NCBI GenBank assembly: GCA_021792095.1
Contig: JAJYVH010000001.1
Coordinates: 509,324-573,323, forward strand
Length of the DNA: 64,000 nt
Direction: 5' to 3'
Source of the DNA: Candidatus Micrarchaeota archaeon
GTDB taxonomy: Archaea; Micrarchaeota; Micrarchaeia; Micrarchaeales; CABMGC01
Within the stretch, counting starts at the first letter, position 1. The number at the start of each line of letters is the position of its first letter. The notes beneath the pieces were generated by a model. That model had not been told where the DNA came from. It saw only the letters and a list, made by a program, of their open reading frames with translations, and made no database searches. A program made the position numbers and the translations under genes. Below are positions 41,514-51,868 of the stretch, one piece after another.

Positions 41514-42434
41514 ATGCAACTGTTGAATCCCAGAAGTGCTAGGATGCAGGACAGCTCTCCCTTGAACAGACTGCCGCCATACAACCTTTTCGGGCTCGAG
41601 GAGCAGGATTATGCAAGCGCGAAGGTAGCCGTGCTGCCAGTGCCGTACGACTCCACGCTCACCTACAGGGCGGGCGCCAGGGAGGGACCGCGGGCCATAA
41701 TAGATGCCAGCCGGAACATCGAGCTCTACAGCCACGAGCTCGGCAGGGACATAAGCGAACTAGGCATATACACGCTCCAGGCGATGGCGCCGGACCTCAG
41801 CTCTCCGGAGAGCATGGTCGCTGGCATAAAGAGGGAGGTGGGCATTCTGCTCGACGACAACAAGGTGCCGCTGCTGCTCGGCGGGGAGCACACGATAACG
41901 CTGGGCGCGCTGCAGGCGTTCAGGGAGAGGGGCGTAGATCTCAGCGTCCTCGATTTCGACGCCCACACCGATTCGAGGCAGGAGATATTCGGGAGCAGGT
42001 ACACGCACGCCACAGTCATGGCCCGTGGCAGGGAGCTGTATCCGAGCCTTTTCCAGGTGGGCATAAGGAGCATGGACGCCGCGTCGGCCGCCTACTTGGA
42101 CAGGAGCAGGGCTATCACCAGAGACGAGGTGCGCGAAGGCGGGACCGATGAGGCGGTGTCCAGGATAGTCGAGGGCACAGGAGACGCTGTATATCTCACA
42201 TTCGACCTGGACGCCCTGGATCCTGCAGAGATGCCGAGTGTCGGCACCCCGGAGCCCGACGGGCTGAGGTTCGCGGAGGCGATGGGCATAATAAAAGGGG
42301 TGGGCAGGAAGAAGAAGCTGCTGGGCGCCGATTTCGTGGAGCTCTCCCCAATACCGCACATGCACGCCCCGGACTTCCTCGCTGCAAAGCTTATCTACCT
42401 TACGCTAGGATACTTTATGCTTGGAGGTAAATGA
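41514..42434 (+). CDS. speB: Agmatinase (arginase/ureohydrolase family)
   Basis: GGEHTIT, DFDAHTD and LTFDLDALDP manganese-binding motifs. Confidence 0.85.
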   Translation: MQLLNPRSARMQDSSPLNRLPPYNLFGLEEQDYASAKVAVLPVPYDSTLTYRAGAREGPRAIIDASRNIELYSHELGRDISELGIYTLQAMAPDLSSPESMVAGIKREVGILLDDNKVPLLLGGEHTITLGALQAFRERGVDLSVLDFDAHTDSRQEIFGSRYTHATVMARGRELYPSLFQVGIRSMDAASAAYLDRSRAITRDEVREGGTDEAVSRIVEGTGDAVYLTFDLDALDPAEMPSVGTPEPDGLRFAEAMGIIKGVGRKKKLLGADFVELSPIPHMHAPDFLAAKLIYLTLGYFMLGGK

Positions 42435-42435
42435 T

Positions 42436-43278
42436 ATGCCATACGCGCGCATCGCATACTTGGTAGCTGTCTCGCTCCTTCTGCTCTCGTTCACTGCATC
42501 GGCCGGCACGGTCGTGCTTACAGGCACGTGCATAGCGCCCCCTGCGAACAGCTCGACGCTTGCCTTCAGCATAGCGAACTCGGGTAACGATTCTGCCACG
42601 CAGATGGTGATAAACCCGACAGTGTTCGGCGCAAACGTGTCCCTGCATTCCATCAGCATAGGGCAGCTGTCGCCAGGGGCCAACTATACTGTGGAAATAA
42701 ACATCACCAATGTCAGCGCGCCCGGCATGCATGCCGCGTATTACACTGCTGTCTACCAGCAGGGCAGTTCCATATTCTCCACTGTGTTCCCGTGCCTTGT
42801 CCCTGTGCACACGGCAACGAACAGCTCTCTGGAGCTCACAACCAACTCGAGTGTGTCAGGCTCCGGCACTGAGACTGTAAACGTCACCGTGTACAACGCA
42901 GGCAGCCCAGTGACGGCAAGGGTGTTCCTGGCGCTATCCCCGCTGTTCCGCTACATAGGCCCCGATTTCTACAACGTATCGCTTGCCCAGTACGAGTCTA
43001 GGAACCTCACTTTCAAGTTCTCAGTGCCTGCATCGCTCACGCTCAGCTACAGCGCAGGCGCCTTCGCCACATACACGTATGACAACAAATCCTACGGGTC
43101 CATGAGCACGTTCAGCATCGCAGCGGAGGGGCAGCCTCCTGCAAAAACGGCCTCGCAGGGCACCTTCTCGCTGTTGCTGTACGGGATGGTTGTTGTAATC
43201 GTGGCAGTGGTGGCGCTCCTAGTGTTCGCGATTGCCAGGCGCAGCCTCAGGCATAAGCGCGCGAAGCCTCAGGTATAG
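42436..43278 (+). CDS. Exported sequon-rich protein with a C-terminal TM anchor
   Basis: ATG 42436 lies 6 nt after GGAGGT. Signal peptide MPYARIAYLVAVSLLLLSFTASAG, and the tail LLLYGMVVVIVAVVALLVFAIARRSLRHKRAK. Confidence 0.55.
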   Translation: MPYARIAYLVAVSLLLLSFTASAGTVVLTGTCIAPPANSSTLAFSIANSGNDSATQMVINPTVFGANVSLHSISIGQLSPGANYTVEINITNVSAPGMHAAYYTAVYQQGSSIFSTVFPCLVPVHTATNSSLELTTNSSVSGSGTETVNVTVYNAGSPVTARVFLALSPLFRYIGPDFYNVSLAQYESRNLTFKFSVPASLTLSYSAGAFATYTYDNKSYGSMSTFSIAAEGQPPAKTASQGTFSLLLYGMVVVIVAVVALLVFAIARRSLRHKRAKPQV

Positions 43279-44999
43279 TTGAGCAGCCTGTAGAACTGTA
43301 TGCTTTTGTTGCTGACGTTGACCGAATAGGGTATCAGGCTCTGCATCTTGAATTCGTTCATGTACGCGTTGCAGAAGAACGGCGGCACGAGGCACCAGTA
43401 GCCGTAGTCCATTACCTTGCAGCTATAGCTGCTTATGGTCGCGTTCATGCTTCGATTGGTGGAGCCTATGTACTCCAGCTGCAGCGAGCTGTAGTTCTCC
43501 TCGAGCCAGGTGTCGGGCGTGTTCGAGAACACGAGGCAGTTCCTGGGCACGTCGGTGTAGTTGGCGTAGAAATTGCTCATGGCCGGGGCGATTACAACCT
43601 GCTGCGGCATCGCGCTCGGCGGCAGTGTGGTAAGGTTGAGCACAAGGGCGAACGGCACTATTATCAGGGCGACCGAGGTGACCGTCAGTACCGCGTAGAA
43701 AAGTAGCCTTGTGCCGTGCACGCCTATCCCTCTGCGCGCACGTTTCGCGAGCGCGACTCCCGCGTCGGAGATGCCGAGCAGCGCGAACGAGGCGAGCAGT
43801 ATGAGGGGCGGCATGACCTGGAGCATGAACCTGGAGTCTACGCCATACGTGGCGTAGCCGGCGAAGAACGAGGTGTAGAACAGGAAATATGTAAGGAACC
43901 ATGCGCCCGTGAGCAGCAGCATCCCGTACCTGTTCCTTGCTTTGTTGCGGAGCAGGAGCGCGACCACCCCGAGGACAGCCAGCGGCGCTATGGTGTAGCT
44001 GAATACGGCGGGGTAGAAGGAGAGCTGGTCGTAGTGACCTACGAGAAAGAGCAGGTTTATGCCAATATTGGATTGGAAGCTGGAGAAAGAGACGACCGAC
44101 TGGTTAAAAGCTTGGCCGTAGTTCGGGTTCTGCAGCTGGGTGCCTATGTAATACACTTGCGTCGCTATAAGCAGGAGCGCCACAAGGAGCACTACTAGCA
44201 CCTTTATGTTGTCCTTGAGCGCCTCTACCGCCGCCCTGATGTTTTTCCTTAGAGTGCGCGCTATTCCGTCATCGCTGAACGTGAAGAGCAGTATTAGGAA
44301 GAGGGGCACGAGAAGTATCGCTTCGGTGCGCATGTACGTCACAAACACCAGGCCGAAGCCGAAAGCGGCAAGGGCATTGAAGCTCCTTCTTTTCACGAAT
44401 ATTGTGAAGAGCAGGAATGCCAGTATTACCAGCATCATGAATGGCAGGTCAACGTCAGCCTGCGTCCTGGCCCAGACGGAGAGCAGGGGCATCATGGCAA
44501 GCGTGAAGGCGGAGAGCACAGCGTACTCCTTCCTTTCCGAAAGCATGCCGGCCAGCAGGAAGAGGAGCGCTATGGAGATGGCGCCTGCGAGCAGCTCCAG
44601 CGCGAACGCTGTGCCTATTCCCACCCCGAAGATTGCGAAGGCGATTGCTATGATGGCGGACCAGCCGACAGGGTCGTGGTAGACCTGGTTAATGTAGCAC
44701 GTATGCACCAGACCTGTGCCGAACTGGCACCATAGCGCTTGGCCGCTGTGTAGTATGTTGAGCGCGATTGCCTGGTATATGTTCTCGTCGAAATAGAGCT
44801 GCTCCAGCGGGCTGACGTAGACGAGCTCGAAAATCAGGAAGAACGCGAGTATGAGCGCAAGCGCGACTATCGAGTATTTGCTGAACCGCCTGCGCATGAT
44901 CTCAACGATGCCCTTGCGGTCAGCCACCAGGAATGCGAGCATGAGCGCGAGGGAGGCGTACACCGAGGCCGTTATCGCGTACCCTATTAGCAAGGTCAA
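43269..44999 (-). CDS. GT-C fold glycosyltransferase (ArnT/PMT-like, family 39/83)
   Basis: More than 10 TM helices with the first-loop motif LYFDENIYQ (DE...Y). Confidence 0.7.
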   Translation of the reverse strand: MTLLIGYAITASVYASLALMLAFLVADRKGIVEIMRRRFSKYSIVALALILAFFLIFELVYVSPLEQLYFDENIYQAIALNILHSGQALWCQFGTGLVHTCYINQVYHDPVGWSAIIAIAFAIFGVGIGTAFALELLAGAISIALLFLLAGMLSERKEYAVLSAFTLAMMPLLSVWARTQADVDLPFMMLVILAFLLFTIFVKRRSFNALAAFGFGLVFVTYMRTEAILLVPLFLILLFTFSDDGIARTLRKNIRAAVEALKDNIKVLVVLLVALLLIATQVYYIGTQLQNPNYGQAFNQSVVSFSSFQSNIGINLLFLVGHYDQLSFYPAVFSYTIAPLAVLGVVALLLRNKARNRYGMLLLTGAWFLTYFLFYTSFFAGYATYGVDSRFMLQVMPPLILLASFALLGISDAGVALAKRARRGIGVHGTRLLFYAVLTVTSVALIIVPFALVLNLTTLPPSAMPQQVVIAPAMSNFYANYTDVPRNCLVFSNTPDTWLEENYSSLQLEYIGSTNRSMNATISSYSCKVMDYGYWCLVPPFFCNAYMNEFKMQSLIPYSVNVSNKSIQFYRLLNYT

Positions 45000-46693
45000 G
45001 CACCCTTGTTCTCCACGTAGAAGCCGCCGAGGAACATGTGCCTGGTCCTTGTCTTCTTCATCGTGGCGAGCGCATCCTCGGGGCTCATCACTATGGGCAT
45101 GCCGTGTATGTTGAAGCTCGTGTTCAGCACCACGCCGTTGCCCGTGCTCCTCTTCACCTTCTCAAGCATCGCCCTGTAGCTCCTGTTCTCCCCGTCGACC
45201 ATCTGTGGCCTGGTGGTGTTGTCCACGTGCACCACGGAGCGCATCCCGTCCGTCTTGCCGTCCCTCACCCTGTAGGCCATGGTCATGAACCTATCCGCGT
45301 TCTTGGAGTACTCTAGGAGGCCCCGGGCCTCGGTGTCGAGCATCGAGGGAGCGAAGGGCTGGTACCATTCGCGCTGCTTCACGTACATGTTGAGCCTGTC
45401 CTTGGCCGTTTCCGATGCCGCGTTAGCGAGTATGCTCCTGTTGCCGAGCGCCCTCGGCCCGTACTCCATCCTGCCCTGGTACCAAAATACATAATTGTCC
45501 TTGTCCAGCAGTTCGGCGGCATGCGACGCCTTGCTTGCGTCTTCCTCAAAGTTCACTCCCTTCTCCTTCTTGAGCAGCTTCTCTATGTACGAGTCGCTGT
45601 ACTCGTCGCCGAGATATGCGTTGCCGAACCTGTAGCTGGAGACGCCGTTGAGCGTATAGTTTATGTGCATCGCTGCGCCGAGCGCGATTCCGCCGTCGCC
45701 CATGTGCGGGAACACGAACCACCTCTTCAGCTGGTCCATCTCCCTCACCTGCATGTTCGCCTTGACGTTGGCGAAGAGTCCGCCCGCCATGGTGACGTCG
45801 CCGATCCCGTACTTCTCCATCGCGTTGCGCATGAACTCGGTCATCACGTGCTCGCTCAGCTGCTGCGCCATGTAGGCGAACTGCTCCCTCGGCATGCCCC
45901 AGGCTATCCTGCCGAGCATCTCGTACTGCTTCAGGGGCGTGTACTTCGCCTTTATGTGCGTCCCTTCGACCCTGAAGAAGTCCTTGAGCTTGTTGTCCTC
46001 GAACTTGAAGGGATACGAATAGCAGGCCATGGCCATGACCTTCAGCTCGTCCTCCAGCTCCCTCATGCCGACTATGTTGGTTACCTGCTCGTAGAATATG
46101 CCCAGCGAATCCCTTGCGGGTATCGTCTCCTTCCGCACGAGCTCGCCTTTCGAGAACGTGCTTATCGATCCGCAGAGGCCGTCCCCCAGGCCGTCGAGCG
46201 TCACCACGAGCGACCTGCCGAAGCCCGAGGTGAACGCGGCCGTCGCGGCGTGCGATTCGTGATGGTCTACGGCGTAGAGCTTGAAGTTCGCGAAACCCAT
46301 GCTCCTTAGGTGCTTCGCCACTATCGCCTTGCTTACCGTGGCGCAGAGGGGCAGCACGCCTATGCTGGTCATGCCGTATTTGGCGTAGTGCATCAAGCCC
46401 TCGAGCCTGGGCTTCAGCATCTTCCTCCGCCTGAACCTGTAGTAGACCTCCTGCTGGTACGGGAGTATCCTGGAGAGCGTTTTTGTGAACTCCAAGGTTG
46501 GGAAGGCGACAGCTTCGACGTCGTTGGGCTTTATGCCCGTGTACGAAAGGGCCGCTGCTATGGAGTTGTACGGGAATTTTATCTCGAGCTTTCGCTTCGT
46601 GTACCGTTCCTCGTTGGATGCGAACAGTATCCTGTCGTCCTCGAGCAGCGCGGCCCCCGCGTCGTGGCCGTCCCATACCCCCAGTATGTACAT
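44996..46693 (-). CDS. Carbamoyltransferase (NodU/CmcH family)
   Basis: MYILGVWDGHDAGAALL..., HHESHAA and a C-terminal VVLNTSFNIHGMPIV. 565 aa. Confidence 0.85.
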   Translation of the reverse strand: MYILGVWDGHDAGAALLEDDRILFASNEERYTKRKLEIKFPYNSIAAALSYTGIKPNDVEAVAFPTLEFTKTLSRILPYQQEVYYRFRRRKMLKPRLEGLMHYAKYGMTSIGVLPLCATVSKAIVAKHLRSMGFANFKLYAVDHHESHAATAAFTSGFGRSLVVTLDGLGDGLCGSISTFSKGELVRKETIPARDSLGIFYEQVTNIVGMRELEDELKVMAMACYSYPFKFEDNKLKDFFRVEGTHIKAKYTPLKQYEMLGRIAWGMPREQFAYMAQQLSEHVMTEFMRNAMEKYGIGDVTMAGGLFANVKANMQVREMDQLKRWFVFPHMGDGGIALGAAMHINYTLNGVSSYRFGNAYLGDEYSDSYIEKLLKKEKGVNFEEDASKASHAAELLDKDNYVFWYQGRMEYGPRALGNRSILANAASETAKDRLNMYVKQREWYQPFAPSMLDTEARGLLEYSKNADRFMTMAYRVRDGKTDGMRSVVHVDNTTRPQMVDGENRSYRAMLEKVKRSTGNGVVLNTSFNIHGMPIVMSPEDALATMKKTRTRHMFLGGFYVENKGA

Positions 46694-46749
46694 TGGATCA
46701 ATTCCTGATACTTATGCCACAGAAGCTTTAACAAGCTTGCTTCTTGCCC

Positions 46750-47799
46750 TCAGATTTTTATCAGGGCCGCCAGTATGGACTGGTAGCTCTCGCAGGCTGT
46801 GAAATGAAGTTCCTTGTTTTTACCCAGCCCGGCAGAGGCGAGCATCGTGTCAGCGCGCATGCCGTCCTCGCGTATGTTGCCCAGCTTCCTGGTCGTCATG
46901 ATAGAGGGGAACACGTTGCCGTAGCTGTCGAGGAAGACGCTTAGCTCCCCGTCGCGGTTCGGCACCGAGCTCCTGCCTGTCTTCAGGAACACGAGCAGGT
47001 CCTCGAGGTACCTTAGCTCCAGGTACGTCTTCGCCCTGCCTATGACGTCCTTCTCCCGCACGCGCCTCATGTTGCCCAGCAGGAATTCCACGTCCTTGGT
47101 GGCCAGGTCGGCACTCGCCACGATCGGGTTGCTGGAGTTGGCGTAGTAGTTGTCGCTCACCTGGCCCACGTTTATGTGGAAATCCGAGTAGCTCACTCCC
47201 GGCACCTCTTTCATCACCTCGCCGGCCGTCCTCTCGAACTGCCCGGCGTTCGCGTTTATCACAGTGAAGCCGAAGACGCAGCGCAGGTTCCTGTACCTGG
47301 CGCCGAGCTCCCTTATGCCCTTGAACATGCGTATCGCCCTGTCGTAGTTGCCTGGCACGCCCCTTATCTTGTCCTCCAGCTCCCTGTAGCCGTCGAGCGA
47401 GACCGTTATGACTATGTTGGGTATGCCGAGCTTCGCCAGCTCCTCTATCTTCCTTATCTCCATGTCGTAGCTGCACAGGGAATTGGTCGGCATCGTGAGC
47501 AGGTAGAGGCCCCCGCATTCGTCCCTGAACGCCCTGGCTATCTCGACTATGTCGCCCCTGAGGAAGGGCTCCCCGCCCGTCAGCTCTATCCACCTGAAGT
47601 AGCTGTTCTGTTTCGCGAATTCCCTTATCTCGTCCAGGGTAAGCTCGCCTGTCGGCCTTATCTTCCAGATCCCGCAGTGCATGCAGCGGCTCTGGCACAT
47701 GTACGTTACCGAGAAGTTGAGCTTGTAGGGCCTGCCCAGCTTCGTGATGTTGCTCTTCGCTATCGTGGCCAGCATGCCCGCGAGCTTCGATCCTGCCAT
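46750..47799 (-). CDS. Radical SAM enzyme
   Basis: CQSRCMHCGIW (CX3CX2C) and the GGEP motif LTGGEPFL. Confidence 0.8.
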   Translation of the reverse strand: MAGSKLAGMLATIAKSNITKLGRPYKLNFSVTYMCQSRCMHCGIWKIRPTGELTLDEIREFAKQNSYFRWIELTGGEPFLRGDIVEIARAFRDECGGLYLLTMPTNSLCSYDMEIRKIEELAKLGIPNIVITVSLDGYRELEDKIRGVPGNYDRAIRMFKGIRELGARYRNLRCVFGFTVINANAGQFERTAGEVMKEVPGVSYSDFHINVGQVSDNYYANSSNPIVASADLATKDVEFLLGNMRRVREKDVIGRAKTYLELRYLEDLLVFLKTGRSSVPNRDGELSVFLDSYGNVFPSIMTTRKLGNIREDGMRADTMLASAGLGKNKELHFTACESYQSILAALIKI

Positions 47800-47856
47800 C
47801 GCTGTTTATATGCAGTTCTGCTTTATATTCGTTGTTTCAGTATTGCATGTGGTCAA

Positions 47857-48552
47857 ATGCAGCGAGCGCGCAACGGCAGTGAGCTTGTGTCCGTGGTCAT
47901 ACCCACGTTCAACGAGGCCAAGAACATAGCCGAGGTGATAGAGGGCGTGAAGGAGAACCTCAAGGGTTACGATTATGAGATAATAGTCGTGGACGACGTG
48001 AAGAGCAGCGACGGCACCGGCGCCATAGCGCGGCGGCACGGCGCCCGCGTGCTGCACGACGACGTAGGCAAGGGCTCCGCTCTGGTAAAAGGGCTGAAGG
48101 CGGCCAGGGGCGACGTCCTTATCTCGATGGACGCGGACCTCTCGAACGAGCCCAAGGAGCTCAGGCTGCTCATAGACGCCATAAACATAGGCTACGACGT
48201 CTGCATGGGCTCGAGGTTCATAACGGGCGGCGGCTCAGAGGACATACCGCCCCTGCGCGTGCTCGGCAACAAGGCGTTCGTGTTCCTGGTCAACCTCCTG
48301 TTCGGCGCGCATTACACAGATATGTGCTACGGCTACAGGAGCTTCAGGAAGGGCGTGCTCCAGAAGCTGGGGCTCGAGGAGCGGGGGTTCGGCATAGAGA
48401 CCGAGATAAACATAAAGGTGGTGAAGCGCGGCCTGAAGGTGATAGAGGTGCCCAGCACCGAGAAGAAGCGCGCCGCTGGCAACGCGAAGCTGCGCACCTT
48501 CCGCGACGGCTGGGTGATACTGAGCACTATACTCAGGAACGTCTTCGGCTAG
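47857..48552 (+). CDS. Family-2 glycosyltransferase (dolichyl-phosphate sugar synthase-like)
   Basis: VSVVIPTFNEAKNI, IIVVDDVKSSDGT and SMDADLS (DxD). The start was set at ATG 47857. The 5' part of the track ORF (47176-) is antisense to the radical SAM gene. Confidence 0.8.
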   Translation: MQRARNGSELVSVVIPTFNEAKNIAEVIEGVKENLKGYDYEIIVVDDVKSSDGTGAIARRHGARVLHDDVGKGSALVKGLKAARGDVLISMDADLSNEPKELRLLIDAINIGYDVCMGSRFITGGGSEDIPPLRVLGNKAFVFLVNLLFGAHYTDMCYGYRSFRKGVLQKLGLEERGFGIETEINIKVVKRGLKVIEVPSTEKKRAAGNAKLRTFRDGWVILSTILRNVFG

Positions 48553-48589
48553 CGCTGCAAATTTAAAATGTTGCTGCGCATGTAGTTGG

Positions 48590-49114
48590 ATGCTTATGGC
48601 ACAGGAATACTACGGGGACGATGAGCCGAAGAAGGAAGCGAAGCGCGGGCAGCGCAGCCATGTGGACATAGGAGGGCCGGTGACCGCCTGGCTCGCGCTC
48701 CTTTTCGTAGCTCTCGCGCTGAAGTTCCTGACTGCCGGTGTCCAGGCATCGGGCGGCGCGTACGCCCTCTTCGCCGGTATAGCGAACTTCATACTTTACA
48801 CGCCTGGCGACATAATACTCCCGCTGGTGGTGGGCGCGGCGATAGGCGCAGAGATAGGCAAGCGCGCCGGGACACTGAGGAAGGCGCAGCTCGCCGGGGT
48901 GATCAACGGCGTCTACGCCTCTGTGGTGTACGCGATAGGCATAATAGTGATATACGAGGTGCTGAACTACGGCGTGCTGAATGCGGCGGGAGCCGGGGTT
49001 GCGCTGTCACTCGATTTCCTGCTTCTGTCGTGGATCGCCATACCGATAGCCATATGCATACTGCTCACTGTGATTTTCGCTATGCTCTCCTATTCCAGGA
49101 AGGTAAGCCCGTAG
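48590..49114 (+). CDS. Membrane protein, unknown function
   Basis: 174 aa with a charged N-terminus and 4-5 TM helices. Confidence 0.45.
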   Translation: MLMAQEYYGDDEPKKEAKRGQRSHVDIGGPVTAWLALLFVALALKFLTAGVQASGGAYALFAGIANFILYTPGDIILPLVVGAAIGAEIGKRAGTLRKAQLAGVINGVYASVVYAIGIIVIYEVLNYGVLNAAGAGVALSLDFLLLSWIAIPIAICILLTVIFAMLSYSRKVSP

Positions 49115-49124
49115 CCCGGCGCAG

Positions 49125-50291
49125 CTACCTCGCTGCGCTGACTATCCTTATCACGTCCCCGTCCTTGAGCACGTAGTCCTTGGCCACCTTGAGCTTCTTC
49201 TTCGCGTCGATCGCGTAGAGCATGTGCTGCGCAAGGTCTGTGTGTATTCTTGCCGCAAGCTGCAGCGCTGTGGTCCCCTTCCTGACGAGCAGCGCGTCAG
49301 GCAGGACGTTGCCGAAGTGGTCCGTGTACTTGTTCTCGTCCTCTACAGGGTACACCACTATGTTGTCCAGCACGCCGAACACTGCCGTGTTGAGTATCTG
49401 CTGCACCCCTGTGCCTTTGTTGCGCCCTATGAAGTCCGCCATGTAGTCCAGCGCCTTCCTCTGCTCGCCGCTCACCTCCTTTATCACCGTGAACGAGGCT
49501 GCGCCTGGCGTATAGCCTATCACGCCTCCCTCCGCCGCCTTCCTCAGCGCGAGCTCTATGGCGGCGGAGCAGCCCAGCACAGTGTAGCCGTCCAGCCTCT
49601 TGCTGAGCCTCTCCAGGCTCCCCTGGTCAGCCATGTCGAGCTTGTTCGCCGCCACTATGGTGGGCTTGCTCGCGGCCAGCACATTGTCTGCGAACGCATA
49701 CGCCTCCTCGGCGTCCCACGATATCTGCGACGTGCTGAGGCTGCTCTTCCCTGCGGCGCTCCTCACCTGCTCCTCGCCCAGCCCGAATCCGGAGAGCAGC
49801 TCCACCAGCGCCCTGTCCCCGTCGCTTCTTTTCGAGAGCTGGCCGCCGTGCTTCGTTATTATGCCGGCGAGCCACATGGCCATCTCCTTCCTTATCGCAG
49901 TAACCTCCTCGGCCGGGTCCCCGCTGCCAGCATTGCCGTGCATGTCCGTGGTGCCGCTCAGGTCGACGACCTGCACGAATGCGCTCGCGCCCGCGAGGTC
50001 GCTGAGGAACTGGTTGCCCATCCCCTTGCCGAGGTGGGCGTCGGGCACCAGGCCGGCGACATCCGTGATGTTCACAGGTATCTCCCTCGTGCCGTCCACG
50101 CATAGCCCGTTCCTCGGCTTGCACCTGGTGCCGAGCGCCTTCTCCGCGCACTCCCTGGTGGCATACGCCACGCCGAGGTTGGGCCTTATTGTGGTGAACG
50201 GGTAGTCGGCTATCTCGGCGCTCGCCATGGTCAGCGCTGAAAAAAGGGTGCTCTTGCCCTTGTTCGGGGCGCCCACTATGCCAACTAGCAT
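49125..50291 (-). CDS. Obg/YchF-like GTP-binding protein with a C-terminal TGS domain
   Basis: The G1 motif is GIVGAPNKGKST, followed by YPFTTIRPN and DVAGLV. The C-terminal KDGDVIRIV is TGS-like. Confidence 0.8.
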   Translation of the reverse strand: MLVGIVGAPNKGKSTLFSALTMASAEIADYPFTTIRPNLGVAYATRECAEKALGTRCKPRNGLCVDGTREIPVNITDVAGLVPDAHLGKGMGNQFLSDLAGASAFVQVVDLSGTTDMHGNAGSGDPAEEVTAIRKEMAMWLAGIITKHGGQLSKRSDGDRALVELLSGFGLGEEQVRSAAGKSSLSTSQISWDAEEAYAFADNVLAASKPTIVAANKLDMADQGSLERLSKRLDGYTVLGCSAAIELALRKAAEGGVIGYTPGAASFTVIKEVSGEQRKALDYMADFIGRNKGTGVQQILNTAVFGVLDNIVVYPVEDENKYTDHFGNVLPDALLVRKGTTALQLAARIHTDLAQHMLYAIDAKKKLKVAKDYVLKDGDVIRIVSAAR

Positions 50292-50302
50292 TCAAACACC
50301 CG

Positions 50303-51634
50303 TTAATCGAAGAGCTTTATCCTGATTGTCTTCTTCTTCCTTATCTCCCTGAGCGCATAATATACGCCGATCAGCGCCATTATGAGCACCACGCCTATCA
50401 TGAGCGCCTCGGCCGGCATGCCCGCGAACAGAGCGAACAGGAGCGCTATGCTCAGCAGGGGCAGGTACGGGTACAGGGGTGTGCGGAACGGCGCCTGCAT
50501 GTTGCGCATGCGCACGTGCACCACGTCGAAGCCCACCACTACGTACGCGAACATGAGCCCAAAGTTGGAGATGGCTGCTATTACGTACACGTTGCCAGCG
50601 AACAGCACAAGCACCGCTATCACGGCCGATATTATCACCCCGTTGACAGCAGCGTCCGTGCGCGGATTGTATTTCCTGAGCAGCCCGGGCAGGAGCCTGT
50701 CCTCGCTCATCTGGTAGAGGGCCCGCGAGGCGGTGAGTATCATCGCAAGCGCTGCAGACGTGGTCGCGACGAGCGCGCCTATGTCGACCAATGTGAAGAG
50801 CCACACCGGCGCGTTGACGTGCAGCAGGGCGTACGACAGCGGGTCTGCTGTTATCTTGTACGCCGAAGCGGGCAGCAGCAGCAGCAGCGCGACCACGACG
50901 AGCACGTAGAGCACTATGCTTATACCGACAGCGGAGAGTATGGCCTTTATGTAGCCCCTGGTGCCGTTGCGTATCCTGTCCGTTATGCTGGATATGGCCT
51001 GGAAGCCGGTGTACGCGAAGAATACGGCCACGCTGGCAGCGAATATGCCGCCCAGCGTCCCGCCAGACTGCGCGAAGGAGAGGTTCGAGAGGCCTATGCC
51101 AGGTATCTCCAGCGCGGCGTAAAGCGCGAAGCAGACGAACGCAAGGAGCACGCCTATCTTTATGGCAACCAGCCACAGGTCGGCCTGCGCCGCCTTCTTC
51201 ACTCCGCGCAGGTTGACCACAGAGAGCGCGAATATCAGCGCTATCGCGAACGGTATTGCGTATGTCTGGGCGCTGGCCCCTATGAAGCTGGCCAGGTACG
51301 AGCCGAAGCCCAGCGCTATCGCGCCTATGGCTGTGGCGAAAGACACGTAGCTCAGTATGCCCGTTATGAAGCCGAGCTCGCTGCCCAGCGCCTTGTACGT
51401 GTACGAGTACGCGGCTCCCTTGACGTTGGGGAACAGGGAGCCCAGCTCGCCGAGCTCCATGGCTATTATGAACGCGAGCACGCCTACGAGCAGGAAAGCG
51501 GCGAGCGCGTACGCGCCCGCAAGCGCGATGGCAGTGCCGCTGAGCACGAAAATGCCGGCGCCTATTATGGCGCCGAGGCCCACCGCGGTGGCGGCAGCCA
51601 CGCTTATCTTCTTGTCCACGTCCATCATCTGCAA
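50303..51634 (-). CDS. APC-superfamily amino acid permease
   Basis: 443 aa with 12 TM helices and the N-terminal GLGAIIGAGIFVLSG motif. Confidence 0.8.
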   Translation of the reverse strand: MQMMDVDKKISVAAATAVGLGAIIGAGIFVLSGTAIALAGAYALAAFLLVGVLAFIIAMELGELGSLFPNVKGAAYSYTYKALGSELGFITGILSYVSFATAIGAIALGFGSYLASFIGASAQTYAIPFAIALIFALSVVNLRGVKKAAQADLWLVAIKIGVLLAFVCFALYAALEIPGIGLSNLSFAQSGGTLGGIFAASVAVFFAYTGFQAISSITDRIRNGTRGYIKAILSAVGISIVLYVLVVVALLLLLPASAYKITADPLSYALLHVNAPVWLFTLVDIGALVATTSAALAMILTASRALYQMSEDRLLPGLLRKYNPRTDAAVNGVIISAVIAVLVLFAGNVYVIAAISNFGLMFAYVVVGFDVVHVRMRNMQAPFRTPLYPYLPLLSIALLFALFAGMPAEALMIGVVLIMALIGVYYALREIRKKKTIRIKLFD

Positions 51635-51698
51635 CGCTCAGGAATAAAAATGCATCAAGGCAAAGGTAAAAGAGGATTGCCAAAGCAAGTTGAGACGT

Positions 51699-51784
51699 GC
51701 GGGGGTGGCAGAGCTTGGTCAAATGCGGCAGGTTCAGGGCCTGTTACCCTAGTGGTTGCAAGGGTTCAAATCCCTTCCCCCGCA
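51699..51784 (+). tRNA. tRNA-Leu (anticodon CAG)
   Basis: GCGGGGG acceptor, anticodon arm GCAGG-TTCAGGG-CCTGT, a long variable arm and T arm AAGGG-TTCAAAT-CCCTT. 86 nt. Confidence 0.85.
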
Positions 51785-51868
51785 ATCCTTTGCGCCAATG
51801 GCGCTGTCGCAAAGGGCCCGCCATAACTCTTTAAACTTTCCTGTTGCAATATAGCTTGGTGTTCGAGG

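Noticed and set aside
47176-47856. The N-terminal 227 codons of the 458-aa + ORF
   Set aside because: This part is antisense to the radical SAM gene. The GT2 domain begins at the internal ATG 47857 (MQRARNGSELVSVVIPTFNE).
50292-51722. 476-aa minus-strand ORF overlapping the permease in another frame
   Set aside because: It is Arg/His/Gly-rich and non-membrane-like. The 443-aa frame gives a regular 12-TM APC permease.
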